A DNA stretch of 63,931 nt, counting the filler, from Lama guanicoe (lineage: Eukaryota): the NCBI GenBank assembly GCA_013239625.1. It is 76 parts of 73 records of this genome, joined end to end, with 100 filler letters (N's around TTAATTAATTAA, not from the genome) between each part and the next. Parts side by side here need not be neighbours in the genome. Positions count along the whole stretch, not along the records: positions 1 to 839 come from PNXV01019119.1; positions 940 to 1,896 come from PNXV01019125.1; positions 1,997 to 2,728 come from PNXV01019127.1; positions 2,829 to 3,319 come from MU056205.1; positions 3,420 to 3,887 come from PNXV01019132.1; positions 3,988 to 4,464 come from MU056206.1; positions 4,565 to 5,111 come from MU056207.1; positions 5,212 to 5,888 come from PNXV01019137.1; 68 more parts are not named here. One strand, written 5' to 3'. A program made the translations under genes and the position numbers. Every line of letters starts with the position of its first letter. Within the stretch, counting starts at the first letter, position 1. Below the pieces are notes generated by a model. That model was not told the origin of the DNA. It did no database searches and was given only the letters and a program-made list of their open reading frames with translations. Of the stretch, positions 1-13,056 are shown piece after piece.

Positions 1-839
1 GTGGAGGAGCTCGAGAGACAACTCCACACAGCTCTCTTCAGTCACAGGTCTTCCTGGTCCCGGGGATGTCCGAGAAATACCTTCCCTGAAATTCGGGAGG
101 CTGCCTCTGTCTCTGCGATTTCCTGTAAACCCCCTAGCGTTCCCTGGCACAGAGACATTAGGAAAACCCCAGGGGTGACGAGCTTAAGCATTCCGTTAGA
201 ACCCACGCACTGCCGACATTTGGAGGAACCTCCCGAAGCTCAGGTTTCCAGAAAAATTGTCAGTGCGTTGGGGAGCACTTGAGACAACTCCACGCAGCTC
301 TCTTCAGTCACAGGAGTTCCCAGTTAGAGGGAAGTCCGAGAAACACCTTCCCTGACCTTGGGGAGGCAGCCGCTGACACTGGGCATGGCAACGCAGAACG
401 CCAGCATTCCCTGGCAGCCAGACATAAGGGAAACACTGAGGGGAGACGGGCTAAGGCATTCCGTAAGAATACTCGCGCTGCCGAATGTTGGTGGAACCTC
501 CACACCCTCAGGATTCAAGAACAATTGTCTCTGCTTGGGGGAGCTCGAGAGTCAACTCCACGCAGCTCTCTTCCGTCACAGGTGTTCCCTGCTAGGGGGA
601 AGTCCGAGAAATACCTTCCCTACCCTTGGGGAGGCATCCGCTGACACTAGACATGCCGGCGCAGACCCCCAGCATTTCCTGGCAGACAGACATTTGGAAA
701 ACACTCAGGGGAGACTAGCGTAGGCATTCCGTTAAAAACAACGCGCTGCCGACCGTTGGTGGAACCTCCCCCTCTCAGGATTCCGGAACTATAATCAGTG
801 CGTGGGGGAGCTCGAGAGACATCTCCACGCAGCTCACTT
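1..839 (+). repeat. Satellite family A, ~267-bp GC-rich monomer, ~3.1 copies (strand label arbitrary)
   Basis: Landmark gctctcttc (or a variant) at 31, 297, 565, 832; spacings 266/268/267. Confidence 0.95.
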
Positions 840-939
840 NNNNNNNNNNNNNNNNNNNNNNNNNNNNNNNNNNNNNNNNNNNNTTAATTAATTAANNNNN
901 NNNNNNNNNNNNNNNNNNNNNNNNNNNNNNNNNNNNNNN
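840..939. other. Artificial scaffold-joining linker (N44-TTAATTAATTAA-N44); first of ~75 copies in the window
   Basis: The same 100-bp block recurs between unrelated fragments (12-mer at 884, 1941, 2773 ... 63819). The palindromic 12-mer puts TAA stops in all six frames. Confidence 0.98.
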
Positions 940-1619
940 GAGGTCACCTGGAGAGGGGTGGCCAGCTAGACCCCAGGCCCTGGTCTCCAGAGGATAGCAG
1001 GTGGTCCTCGCAACAGTCACCCTGGGACCCCACAGCCCTCCCGGGGCCGCCCCACCCTGCTGAGCTCCGAGCTCCAGAGCTGAAAGCTCAGGCTCAGGTC
1101 CCACAGGGACCTCGGGATGGGGCCCTCCAAGGCTGCTGCTCCATGTCCCTGTCCTTCTGGACCTGATCACTCTGCCCCTCCCACAGTCCCATGGCCACTC
1201 AGCCCTCTCATCACACCACCTGGCTCCTGCTGACCCACAGGGCAGCCAGGCGGGGCCGTGGAAGCCACGTGACCCTCTCCAGGAATCAGCTTATTTCAGG
1301 GTGGGGACTTAGGAAGTATCTTAAGCTTCTGGCAGGCGTTCCGGATGGCTTCATTAGGGCCATAAATGCTCACAGGGCCGGATTCTACGTGGGCTGAGAT
1401 GTGCGTAAGTCACACCTTCTTAGTGAGCCCTCTCGAGCAACGCAGACTCCATTTTTATTTTCCTTTCACAAAGGCAGTCTTCTGCTGCCGGGAGCAGCGA
1501 CCCCACCTCAGCCTGGAGGACATGCAGGTGAGCTTCAGCTCACTGAGGAATAGCGGAGTTTGCCATCGATCTCTTCCCTGCAGGCGTGGCAGCTACCTGT
1601 GCTCAGGCTTGTGCTGGGG

Positions 1620-1896
1620 TGGGGGCGGGGAGCGTTCCTCCACCCTTCTAGGCTCATCTGGCTGGTCTAAGAATTAACCTGACGTGAGGCAGACTAACAC
1701 AAGAAAAATAAACAAAAATTGAGTAACATGTGTACTTCCTGTCTTTACCCATGGGAGACAGCCAGGGTAAACGGAGTGAGCTCACCAAGAAGGCTGCGGC
1801 CCTCACCTTCAACATCATCTTGCTGCAGGCAGCGGTCGGTTCCAGAAGTCGGTCACATGGAACACCCGGAGGCATGAGAAGGCCAGTTAGACAAGG
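1620..1896 (-). mobile_element. ERV1 (MER4-group-like) LTR fragment
   Basis: ggtctaagaattaacctgacgtgaggcagactaacacaagaaaaataaacaaa resembles the antisense strand of MER4-group LTRs as I recall them; boundaries approximate. Confidence 0.45.
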
Positions 1897-1996
1897 NNNN
1901 NNNNNNNNNNNNNNNNNNNNNNNNNNNNNNNNNNNNNNNNTTAATTAATTAANNNNNNNNNNNNNNNNNNNNNNNNNNNNNNNNNNNNNNNNNNNN

Positions 1997-2728
1997 TCCC
2001 CCCTAGCGTTCCCTGGCACGGAGATATTAGGAAAACACTCAGGGGTGACGAGCTTAGATATTCCATTAGAACCCAAAGCTGCCGACCGTTGTTGGAACCT
2101 CCCCACGCTCAGGATTCCGGAACCATAATCAGTGCATTGTGGAGATCGAGAGACAATTCCAGGCAGCTCTCTTCAGTCACAGGTGTTCCCTATTAGGGGG
2201 AAGTCCGAGAAATAACTTCCCTGAACTTGGGGAGGCAGCCTCTATCACTGGGATTCCTGAAACCCCCGCGAACATTTCCTCGCAGAGAGACATTAGGAAA
2301 AGCTTCAGTGTAGACGAGCTTATGCATTCCGTTAGACCCAAAGCGCTGCCGAACTTTGGTTAAACCTCCCCACGCTCAGGATTCCGGAACCATAATCAGT
2401 GCGTGGGGGAGCTCGAGAGACATCTCCATGAAGCTCTCTTCATTCACAGGTGTTCCCTGTTCGGGGGAATTCGGAGAAATACCTTCTCAAACCTTGAGCT
2501 GGCTGCTGCTGAACCTGGGCATGCCAGCGCAGAAGCGCAGATCCCTAGCATTCACTGGCAGCCAGAACTTAGCAAAACCCTCAGGGGAGATGAGCTTAGT
2601 CAATCCGTTAGAACTCATGCGCTGTTGATCGTTGGTGGAACTCCCCGACTCTCAGGATTCCGGAAAAATTGTCAGTGCTTGGGGGAGCACGAGAGACAAT
2701 TCCACACAGCTCTCTTCAGTCACAGGTG
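1997..2728 (+). repeat. Satellite family A
   Basis: Same monomer (gagacaactccacgcagctctcttcagtcacaggtgttccctg...cattccgttagaacccacgcgctgccgaccgttggtggaacctcccc), ~2.7 copies. Confidence 0.95.
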
Positions 2729-2828
2729 NNNNNNNNNNNNNNNNNNNNNNNNNNNNNNNNNNNNNNNNNNNNTTAATTAATTAANNNNNNNNNNNNNNNN
2801 NNNNNNNNNNNNNNNNNNNNNNNNNNNN

Positions 2829-3319
2829 GTACAAAGAATATAGAATAAGGAATGCAGAATATAGAATGTAAAATATACAATGATGCAGACAAAATATAGA
2901 ACATACAGCAGACAATATAGAAGCCAGAATTTTAACATGGAATGCAGAACACAGAATTTAAAATATAGAAACAGTATACTGAATGTAGAAATTAGAATAG
3001 ATAATGTAGAACACAGAATATGGAAAATAGTATACGGAATGTAGAATATAAAATACAGAATATAGAATATAGAACACAGAATATAGAATATGGNNNNNNN
3101 NNNNNNNNNNNNNNNNNNNNNNNNNNNNNNNNNNNNNNNNNNNNNNNNNNNNNNNNNNNNNNNNNNNNNNNNNNNNNNNNNNNNNNNNNNNNNTAGAATA
3201 CTGAGAATTTAGAACGGGAAATGCAGAACAAATCATTTAGAAAATAGAATACAGAAAACTGAATATAGAGTTTAGAATAAAGAATGAGGAACGCAGAATA
3301 TAGAATATAGAATAAAGAA
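2829..3319 (+). repeat. Satellite family D, AT-rich degenerate heptamer (AGAATAT)n
   Basis: Run of 7-mers agaatat/agaattt/agaacac/agaatac/ggaatgc. Confidence 0.93.
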
Positions 3320-3419
3320 NNNNNNNNNNNNNNNNNNNNNNNNNNNNNNNNNNNNNNNNNNNNTTAATTAATTAANNNNNNNNNNNNNNNNNNNNNNNNN
3401 NNNNNNNNNNNNNNNNNNN

Positions 3420-3887
3420 TTAATTTGGTCTTTCCTTTTTGTTCATTTCATTTTCTTTTTGTGGCGTGCTATGTTTTCTTTTATTATCTTGGTTTCTTTT
3501 TGTCTCTGTGACTTCATTGAAAGCTTTTGACTTATGGTTTCCCTGTTTTGTATGTATATTGACACATTACTATATATTTTTATTTTAACTGATAGGAAAA
3601 CAAACTCAAACGCATCATACAGAGAACAGAAACAAGAAGAAAATACCTGTATTGCCTTGTTTCACTCTCTGATCCTTAAAAATTTTGATGTCCTGTTTTA
3701 CAACATCATGTTTATTCTATTGTAAGACATTGTAACTATTGCCTTTCTAATTATGCCTTTCTCCTTTCTATAGCATCCTGCTATCCTGCTATTATTTAGA
3801 GTAGATCATTCATTGTTTCTTTTTCTTTTGCTAAATTGTTTTAGTATTTCCTTTTGTGGAAGTTATTTATCTCTCCTTCTATTCTAA
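3420..3887 (-). mobile_element. LINE-1 fragment (ORF1 3' end / inter-ORF region, antisense)
   Basis: T-rich strand with L1-like text (gttatttatctctccttctattct; tttgacttatggtttccctg). Confidence 0.55.
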
Positions 3888-3987
3888 NNNNNNNNNNNNN
3901 NNNNNNNNNNNNNNNNNNNNNNNNNNNNNNNTTAATTAATTAANNNNNNNNNNNNNNNNNNNNNNNNNNNNNNNNNNNNNNNNNNNN

Positions 3988-4464
3988 GCTGAATATAGGA
4001 TTTAGACTATAGAATGTGGAACACAGGATATAGAATGTAGAAAAAAGGATATAGAAACCAGAATTTAGAACACGGAATGCAGAACAGAGAATTTAAAATA
4101 TAGAATACGGAATGCTGAATATAGAATTTAGAATATAGAATATACAACTCAGAAAATACAATAGAGAATATAGAAATCAGAATTTAGAAAATGGAATGCA
4201 GGACACAGAATTTAGAATATAGANNNNNNNNNNNNNNNNNNNNNNNNNNNNNNNNNNNNNNNNNNNNNNNNNNNNNNNNNNNNNNNNNNNNNNNNNNNNN
4301 NNNNNNNNNNNNNNNNNNNNNNNNNNNNNNNNNNNNNNNNNNNNAACACAGTATATATGGAATACGGAATAGAGAATATAGAATACAGGATATAGAATGT
4401 AGAACACAGATTATGCAATATGGAAAACAGAATAGAAAACCCAGTATTTACAACATGGAATACA
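3988..4464 (+). repeat. Satellite family D (heptamer)
   Basis: Phased NGAAYNN 7-mers. Confidence 0.93.
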
Positions 4465-4564
4465 NNNNNNNNNNNNNNNNNNNNNNNNNNNNNNNNNNNN
4501 NNNNNNNNTTAATTAATTAANNNNNNNNNNNNNNNNNNNNNNNNNNNNNNNNNNNNNNNNNNNN

Positions 4565-5111
4565 AAAGGATGCTATGTAATGAGTAAAGGAACAATAAAA
4601 GATAAGGATATTATACTTGTTTACTCATATACATCAAATATAGAATTACCTAAATACACAAATCAAATACTAACAGACATAAAGGGAAAAACTGATGGGA
4701 GCACAATCAAAGTAGCAGACTTTAACACCCTATTAACATCATTGGACAGTTCTTCCAGACAGAAAATCATTAAAGCAACAGAGATACTAAATGACACAAT
4801 AGAATACCTGGACTTGATTGATATTTTAAGGANNNNNNNNNNNNNNNNNNNNNNNNNNNNNNNNNNNNNNNNNNNNNNNNNNNNNNNNNNNNNNNNNNNN
4901 NNNNNNNNNNNNNNNNNNCTCAGTAAATTTAAGCGAATACAAATTATTTCAAGCATCTTTTCTGACCACAATGTCATCAAACTAGAAATTAACCACAGAA
5001 ATACAGAGGAGAAAGAAAAACAGCATGTAGATTAAACAACATGCTACAAAAAGTAAAAAACAGGTCAATGATGAAATCAAAAAAGAAATTAAAAAATAGT
5101 TTAAGACAAAT
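4565..5111 (+). mobile_element. LINE-1 ORF2 endonuclease-domain fragment, degenerate
   Basis: Translation ...TIKVADFNTLLTSLDSSSRQKI...LDLIDI...ISSIFSDHNVIKLEIN matches the L1 EN motifs GDFNTPL and FSDH. Confidence 0.92.
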
Positions 5112-5329
5112 NNNNNNNNNNNNNNNNNNNNNNNNNNNNNNNNNNNNNNNNNNNNTTAATTAATTAANNNNNNNNNNNNNNNNNNNNNNNNNNNNNNNNN
5201 NNNNNNNNNNNACTTGATACTTGAAAGCACTTCATCCTGAGAATTAACAAGCTCGAATCTCACCAAGACATATCCAAATAATTATATTGTTTTTAGTTAT
5301 TTATTTTCTCTATTCTGAGCAAAGTGTGG

Positions 5330-5400
5330 AGACTGTATTTCCAATGCCTTGCACAGAATATGGCACATGGTAGATTCTCAATTAATACTTCTTAAGTGAG
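5330..5400 (+). mobile_element. L2 LINE 3' end relic
   Basis: ttccaatgccttgcacagaatatggcacatggtagattctcaattaatac resembles the L2 3' terminus. Confidence 0.55.
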
Positions 5401-5988
5401 CATCCCTTCAGGGCTGGATAATAAAATCCAGGGAGTTTGATTTCAGATAACATGATGACACAACAAATGAAACCTAATGACAAACATACTGGGATTTCAT
5501 ATGTTGCGTTCGCATGGGACCAAAAACGGTCAGAGACCTGTATTCTTATTCCAGAGATGCTGACATGGTTCTTAAGAGGTGTTTCAAAATGTTTCCATGA
5601 AAGGTCTGTGTGCCTTGTATCTTATGAAGGTAAAAACAAAAAACAAAACAAACACTATCATTCATAGGTCTTTCACTGGGGAAAAAAAAAAGATATTTGT
5701 TGCATCAATTGAATTTTAAATCATGAGATTTTTCTGCTATGCCTCTAGACCTGTGACCCTTTCCAGTAGTTTTTCTTAGACTCTTATAGAAAACTGTTCA
5801 CATGAACCATATCCTTAAATAATTCCAATCCCGAAAGACAAAAAACGATGTTTTGATTACCTCTAATTATCCTGCAACTCCTAAGTCCNNNNNNNNNNNN
5901 NNNNNNNNNNNNNNNNNNNNNNNNNNNNNNNNTTAATTAATTAANNNNNNNNNNNNNNNNNNNNNNNNNNNNNNNNNNNNNNNNNNNN

Positions 5989-6190
5989 ACTTCCTTACTT
6001 TCTGATACAAGACTCAAGATGATCCTGGCTCATATATCGACTGTCTCAGTCCTAGTATAAGCCATTTCTTCAAAGAGTCCTGATTCCCTTTATTAGAGAA
6101 TGGTATTAAGAACTTACACATAGAAGGAAAATGAGCAGTGCAAGGAAATGTGTGCATGTGTTCCCACCTTAGTGTATGTTGTTGCTCAGG
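5989..6190 (-). mobile_element. Old LINE-1 (L1MC-like) 3' UTR fragment
   Basis: agccatttcttcaaagagtcctgattccctttattagagaatggtatt resembles the L1MC 3' end in antisense. Confidence 0.55.
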
Positions 6191-6214
6191 GAGCACCGCC
6201 CTCCCCCCCAATCT

Positions 6215-6426
6215 GCCACAACCACATAGTGTTTTAAATTTAAGTTACTTAGAAATGGCCAAAGCAAGAGGGACACTCTGACCCCCGCTCTGTCTCCCTA
6301 AAAGCAGGGAATAAGTCTCACATGAAAGGTTCTGAGGCACACATAAACATAACTTGTAACTTCTTTAATTTACCACTCCAAGCCCAGACTCTGTTTAGAT
6401 TCTTCACTGAGTACCCAGAAGCTACA
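6215..6426 (+). mobile_element. ERV1 LTR fragment (MER34/MER39-like)
   Basis: aaatggccaaagcaagagggacactctgacccc...ctaaaagcagggaataagtctcacatgaaaggt resembles MER34-group LTRs. Confidence 0.45.
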
Positions 6427-6526
6427 NNNNNNNNNNNNNNNNNNNNNNNNNNNNNNNNNNNNNNNNNNNNTTAATTAATTAANNNNNNNNNNNNNNNNNN
6501 NNNNNNNNNNNNNNNNNNNNNNNNNN

Positions 6527-7262
6527 AAAGGGGAAAATAATGAGGAGAGTTTAAGGAACTTCTGGGACAACATAAAGCATAAACAGTCACATTATGGGGG
6601 TCCCAGCAGTGACAATAACAAGAAATAGTACGGAAATAAAGCAACTGAAACCCTCATACATTGTTTATGGAAATGCAAAATGTTAATAGCAATTCTGGAG
6701 AACAGTTATGCATTTTTTTTACAAAGTTAAGTGTACACTTACAATACGATCCATCAATTCTTCTTCCAGTTATTTACCATAGAGAAATGAAAAGTTACAT
6801 TCAGACAAAAGATCTTACACTAAAATATTTGTAGCAAGTGTGTTAATTATCACCCAGTATTGGAAACAACACAAGCTAAAAATTCAATAATGAGTGGATA
6901 AACAAATTTTAGTGCATCCACACAATGGAATTCTAATCAACACTATAAAGGAATGGATATTGAGACACACAACAACCTAGATAACCGTTCAAAGATGCTA
7001 TGCTGAATGAAAGAAACCAATGTCTAAAGGTTACATACTCTACAATTTCATTTATATGACATTTTGGAAAAGGCAAAAACTACAACAACAGAGAACAAAT
7101 AGGTTACTGGTGGGTGAGTGATTTTACTACAAAGGAACAGCGTGATGAAATTTTGGGTAGTGTAGAAACTGCCCTGCATTTTGATTGTAGTGAAGGTTAA
7201 ACACAATACATAGGTTCTGACTCATAAGTACCCATAAATATATGTAATTAACACTATATTAA
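6527..7262 (+). mobile_element. LINE-1 pieces: short ORF1 segment followed by an old L1MB/MC/ME-type 3' end
   Basis: aatgaggagagtttaaggaacttctgggacaacataaagc is ORF1-like; it is followed by ccctcatacattg...atccacacaatggaattcta...tgctgaatgaaagaaaccaa (L1 3' end). Confidence 0.8.
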
Positions 7263-7362
7263 NNNNNNNNNNNNNNNNNNNNNNNNNNNNNNNNNNNNNN
7301 NNNNNNTTAATTAATTAANNNNNNNNNNNNNNNNNNNNNNNNNNNNNNNNNNNNNNNNNNNN

Positions 7363-7902
7363 ATGAAAACTGCAGGAACATCAAAACGGCACTTAGAAAC
7401 AGACTGAGAAAACAGAGAAAGTGTTTCCCCTGCAACACGTTCCCGTTGTGCTGGATGAACGAACGTATCTAAACATGCTCAGTTCTGAGAAATATCTGTG
7501 TGTGAAAGCCGTCCTTCAACTATCTTAAAGGGAACACAAAATTTCTTTTCAGTTTCAAACTACTCTACATACATATACATGGGGAGGTACAAGCTCCATC
7601 ACAGTTTTACAGGGAAAACTGCTTGAAATTCCAACTGACATTTGAAAACACAATGAGAAACCAGAGTAAGTGTTTCTTCGGCTTACTGCTCCCTTAAGGC
7701 TTCATCAACGAACGTCTCTCCACATGCTCAGTTCTGATAATTAATACGTGAGAGTGTAAGCTTTCCTTCAACAATTTGAAGGGAACACAAAGGTTCTTTT
7801 AAGTTGCAAAACCCATTGCATACATATATAAGGGGAGGTAAAAGCTCTAAATTTTATTACATTGAAAATTACAGGAACATCATACCGGGAGTAGGAAACA
7901 GA
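7363..7902 (-). repeat. Satellite family B (~249-bp monomer), reverse orientation, diverged
   Basis: ggatgaacgaacgtatctaaacatgctcagttctgaga is the reverse complement of the family B core. Confidence 0.9.
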
Positions 7903-8002
7903 NNNNNNNNNNNNNNNNNNNNNNNNNNNNNNNNNNNNNNNNNNNNTTAATTAATTAANNNNNNNNNNNNNNNNNNNNNNNNNNNNNNNNNNNNNNNNNN
8001 NN

Positions 8003-9244
8003 TAGAATACGGAATGCAGAATTTAGAATGAAGAATCCAGAACGAAGAATATAGAATATAAAATATATAAAAAAGAATAAAGAACCCAGAATTTAGAAAT
8101 GGAATGCAGAAAACAGAATTTATAATATTGAATACGGAATACAGAAAATAGAATTTAGAATATAGAAAGTAGAACACAGAATTTAGAATATAGAAAAGAG
8201 AATTTAGAACATGGAATGCAGAACACAGAATTTAGAATATAGAATACAGAATACTGAATATAGAATTTAGAAAATAGAAGGTAGAACACAGAATATATAA
8301 TGTAGAATACGGAATGCAGAANNNNNNNNNNNNNNNNNNNNNNNNNNNNNNNNNNNNNNNNNNNNNNNNNNNNNNNNNNNNNNNNNNNNNNNNNNNNNNN
8401 NNNNNNNNNNNNNNNNNNNNNNNNNNNNNNTAGAATACAGAGAATATAGTATTAAGACTATAGAATGTAGAACACAGGATATAGAATATAGAATTGTGGA
8501 TATAGAACCCAGAATTTTGAACATGTAATGCAGAACACAGAGTTTAGAATATAGAATAAGGAACACAAAATAAAGAATATATAATACGGAATGCAGAATA
8601 CAGAATACAGAGTACAGAATTTAGAAAACAGTATATAGAATATGGAAAACAGAATACAGAACCCGAATTTAGAAATGGAACGCAGAACACATAATTTAGA
8701 ATATAGAATACAAAATACTGAATATAGAATTTAGAATATAGAATGTAGAACACAGAANNNNNNNNNNNNNNNNNNNNNNNNNNNNNNNNNNNNNNNNNNN
8801 NNNNNNNNNNNNNNNNNNNNNNNNNNNNNNNNNNNNNNNNNNNNNNNNNNNNNNNNNNNNNNNNNNNNNNNNNNNNNNNNNNNNNNNNNNNNNNNNNNNN
8901 NNNNNNNNNNNNNNNNNNNNNNNNNNNNNNNNNNNNNNNNNNNNNNNNNNNNNNNNNNNNNNNNNNNNNNNNNNNNNNNNNNNNNNNNNNNNNNNNNNNN
9001 NNNNNNNNNNNNNNNNNNNNNNNNNNNNNNNNNNNNNNNNNNNNNNNNNNNNNNNNNNNNNNNNNNNNNNNNNNNNNNNNNNNNNNNNNNNNNNCAGTAT
9101 ACTGAGAACTTAGAATATAGAAGGCAGAACACAGATAATAGAATATAGAATACTGAATGCAGAAATTAGAATTTAGAATCTAGAATGAAGAACAAAGAAT
9201 ATAGAATATATAAAAGAAAATATAGAACCCAGAATTTAGAAATC
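8003..9244 (+). repeat. Satellite family D (heptamer)
   Basis: Phased 7-mers; internal N gaps. Confidence 0.93.
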
Positions 9245-10072
9245 NNNNNNNNNNNNNNNNNNNNNNNNNNNNNNNNNNNNNNNNNNNNTTAATTAATTAA
9301 NNNNNNNNNNNNNNNNNNNNNNNNNNNNNNNNNNNNNNNNNNNNAAGCCATTCCGACCAAAATGCACCAAGCCCAGGTAAGCTTTTTCCCCAGATTTGTG
9401 CATAGCTATCAAGCACTTGCTCTTCCCTCTCCAACACTCAAGCATCCATTTGGAACGATCTGTACCTGAGCTGCAATGAAGCCAGTACGAGAAGAGCAAG
9501 CCCCTCCTAGAATCAGAGTTCCTCCAGCTTCACACTCTGGGAACATCTGTGAACTCCTTAAAGGTCAAAGAGTCTCGACCAAAATAGATAGGAAGTGAAT
9601 ACATAGCTCAAGACCTTCCGCTAGATTCAGCCAATGCTGGTTTTATGTCTTCTCCGGGGTGAAGGGAGTGTGGCAAGTGAGGGGAATCATTGACTGAACT
9701 TGAATATGCCTTGGGCCTCAGTTCTTCAAGACAGTATATGTAAAAATTATAAGTCAGATAGTGAACTGAAATGTAAAAGTCGCCAATGACATAAAGACAC
9801 AGAATATGAGAACAGTCTTTCGCTTGAATCAAGCCCCGGGGGCACTGTATCATGAGGGTGCAGACTTGGTCGCGTTAAATTGCTTTACCCAACATGATCG
9901 GATGNNNNNNNNNNNNNNNNNNNNNNNNNNNNNNNNNNNNNNNNNNNNTTAATTAATTAANNNNNNNNNNNNNNNNNNNNNNNNNNNNNNNNNNNNNNNN
10001 NNNNAGAAAATTATTTTCATGGTGTCAATTAGTATAAAGTCATTTGTCCCAACTTGGTTCTCAAATTTTGAA

Positions 10073-10360
10073 TTGTTAATTGTATGAGTCAAGTTGATAG
10101 AGCTAAGGGACACCCAGAGAGCTGAGAAAATGTTATTTCTGAGTAGTTCCCTGAGGGGGTCTCTGGAGGGGATTAACATTTGATTCAATAGAGTAAAAAG
10201 GCCCACCTTCATGAATGTGGGTGGACAACATCCAATCCTGGTCCCAGGCCTTCAGACTCAGACTGAATAAAACCAATGACTTGGTTCTCCAGCTTGCAGA
10301 CAGAATGCAGACAGAGTACTACTTGGCCTTCATAATTGCACAAGCCAATTATTATAACTC
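10073..10360 (+). mobile_element. MLT2 (ERVL) LTR, followed by a (TG)n-like tract to 10434
   Basis: ttaattgtatgagtcaagttgatagagctaagggacacccagagagctgagaaaatgttatttctgag...gattaacatttga matches the MLT2 5' consensus. Confidence 0.8.
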
Positions 10361-10534
10361 TTATAATTACATATAATTTATATTCAAAGTATGTATGTAT
10401 ACGTATGTGTGTGTATATGTGTGTGGTGTGTGTGNNNNNNNNNNNNNNNNNNNNNNNNNNNNNNNNNNNNNNNNNNNNTTAATTAATTAANNNNNNNNNN
10501 NNNNNNNNNNNNNNNNNNNNNNNNNNNNNNNNNN

Positions 10535-11087
10535 TCCAGATGGAACCCTACTTCTGGATTACACCTGCACCCCAATATTAATATTCAGCACTATTTACAA
10601 GGCCAAGACTGGGAACCAGCTTAAATGTCCATCAAAATTGACTGGATAAAGAAGAGGTGGTATGTTTATACAATGTAATACTGGTTAGCCATATAAACAC
10701 ACAACATAACGCCATTCTCAGCAACATGGATGCTCCTGGAGAAAATCAGTCTAAGTGAAGTAAGCCCGAAAGAGAAAGAAAAATACCATATGAAATCTAT
10801 TGAATCTAAATACAAAACAAAACAAAAAATGCACAAATAAAAAACAAATAGACTCGCAGACATAGAATAAAAAGTTTTGTTTGCCAAGGGGGCGGGGGGT
10901 GGGAAGAGATAGACTGGTAGTTCTAAGTTGTAGAATAGATAAACAGGTTTGTACTATATAGCACAGGGAAATATATAAAAGATCTTATGCAGCCCACAGA
11001 GGAATTAATGGGACAACAAATTTATATATGTTCATTGAAACTGCAAATTTGTGCTCTACACTGGAATTGGAGACAACTTTGTAAAAT
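10535..11087 (+). mobile_element. LINE-1 3' end (ORF2 tail and 3' UTR)
   Basis: cagcactatttacaa...aaatgtccatcaa...gcaacatggatgctcctggagaaaatcagtctaagtgaagtaagcc, then a G-rich 3' UTR. Confidence 0.9.
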
Positions 11088-11187
11088 NNNNNNNNNNNNN
11101 NNNNNNNNNNNNNNNNNNNNNNNNNNNNNNNTTAATTAATTAANNNNNNNNNNNNNNNNNNNNNNNNNNNNNNNNNNNNNNNNNNNN

Positions 11188-11520
11188 AAAAAAAAAAAAA
11201 AGAGAGACACAAATGAACTTACTTAAAACAGACACTGACTCAGAGACATAGACACAGACGTAGAAAACAATCTTACGGTTACCAGGGCAGGAAGGGGGTG
11301 GGAAGAGAGAAATTGGGAGTTCAAGATTTGCAGATACTAACCACTACATATAAAATAGATTAAAAGTTTCTACAGTCTAGCAGAGGGAACTAGTCAGTAT
11401 CTTGTAGTAACCTATAATGAAAAGGAATTTATGTATGTATATGTATGACTGAAACATTATTCTGTGCACCAGAAATTCACAAAACATTGTAAATGGACTA
11501 TACTTCAGTTAAAAAAAAAT
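11188..11520 (+). mobile_element. LINE-1 3' UTR ending in a short poly(A)
   Basis: acaaatgaactta...gggaagagagaaattgggagttcaagatttgcagatac...aacattgtaaatggactatacttcagttaaaaaaaaa. Confidence 0.85.
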
Positions 11521-11789
11521 TAATGTGTCAAAAATCAGTTGTTACTAATAATCATGTGCAAAGGTGTATGTTCTGTGTATTTCGTATATGGATGGGTCAG
11601 TGATTATTCAGGTGAAGCACTTTTTCTTTTTCTTTTTTTTTTTTTGAATGGCCAACCATGTCTTTATTAAACATAACAAACCAACATTAACTGTATGCCA
11701 GATCATAACAACCGACTAAATGTCATCATTATGAGCACTTATTATATATGCCAGCATGGTAAAATCAGTATTTATAGAGTACCTTCAGT

Positions 11790-11910
11790 GTGTAAGACTG
11801 TAAGCTCTTTGAAGGTAAAGGCTATGTCTGCATTGTTTATCTATGAGTTTAATAGAATGCTTCCTACAGAGTAGTTATGCTTCATGCAAATGTTTTTTTA
11901 ATGACTGAAC
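11790..11910 (+). mobile_element. L2 3' end relic
   Basis: agactgtaagctctttgaaggtaaaggctatgtctg...aaatgttttttaatgactgaa resembles the L2 terminus. Confidence 0.55.
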
Positions 11911-11974
11911 ATATTAAGCTGTACAATTCTTACTTAATTGTCAGTCTTCCTTCCCCCAAATTTATGATTAGGTG

Positions 11975-12162
11975 TTTTTTGTTTGTTTGTTTGTTTGTTT
12001 GAACATTTTTTATTAATTTATAATCATTTTACAATGTTGTGTCAAATTCCAGTGTTCAGCACAATTTTTCAGTCATTCATGGACATATACACATTCATTG
12101 TCACATTTTTTTCTCTGTGATTTATCATAACATTTTGTGTATATTTCCCTGTGCTATACAGT
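11975..12162 (-). mobile_element. Young LINE-1 extreme 3' end with (GTTT)n tail, antisense
   Basis: Nearly identical to 36531-36692 (aacattttttatt...ataatcattttacaatgttgtgtcaaatt). Confidence 0.88.
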
Positions 12163-12262
12163 NNNNNNNNNNNNNNNNNNNNNNNNNNNNNNNNNNNNNN
12201 NNNNNNTTAATTAATTAANNNNNNNNNNNNNNNNNNNNNNNNNNNNNNNNNNNNNNNNNNNN

Positions 12263-13056
<794 letters not shown>

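Noticed and set aside
1..839. Many mutually similar ORFs (ELERQLHAALFSHRCSLLGGSPRNTFP...) as a novel repeat-protein family
   Set aside because: They are translations of satellite A. The 267-bp monomer is 89 codons, so the same peptides recur. Frames shift freely between copies, both strands give ORFs, and there are no splice or domain signals.
884..895. Recurrent TTAATTAATTAA as a CRISPR-like repeat or conserved regulatory motif
   Set aside because: It is always centred between two 44-N runs and joins unrelated fragments, so it is an assembly linker.
9345..9382. Exon end at CAG|GTAAGC (9376/9377)
   Set aside because: Only ~32 nt precede the donor before the scaffold edge, and no frame gives a recognisable peptide.
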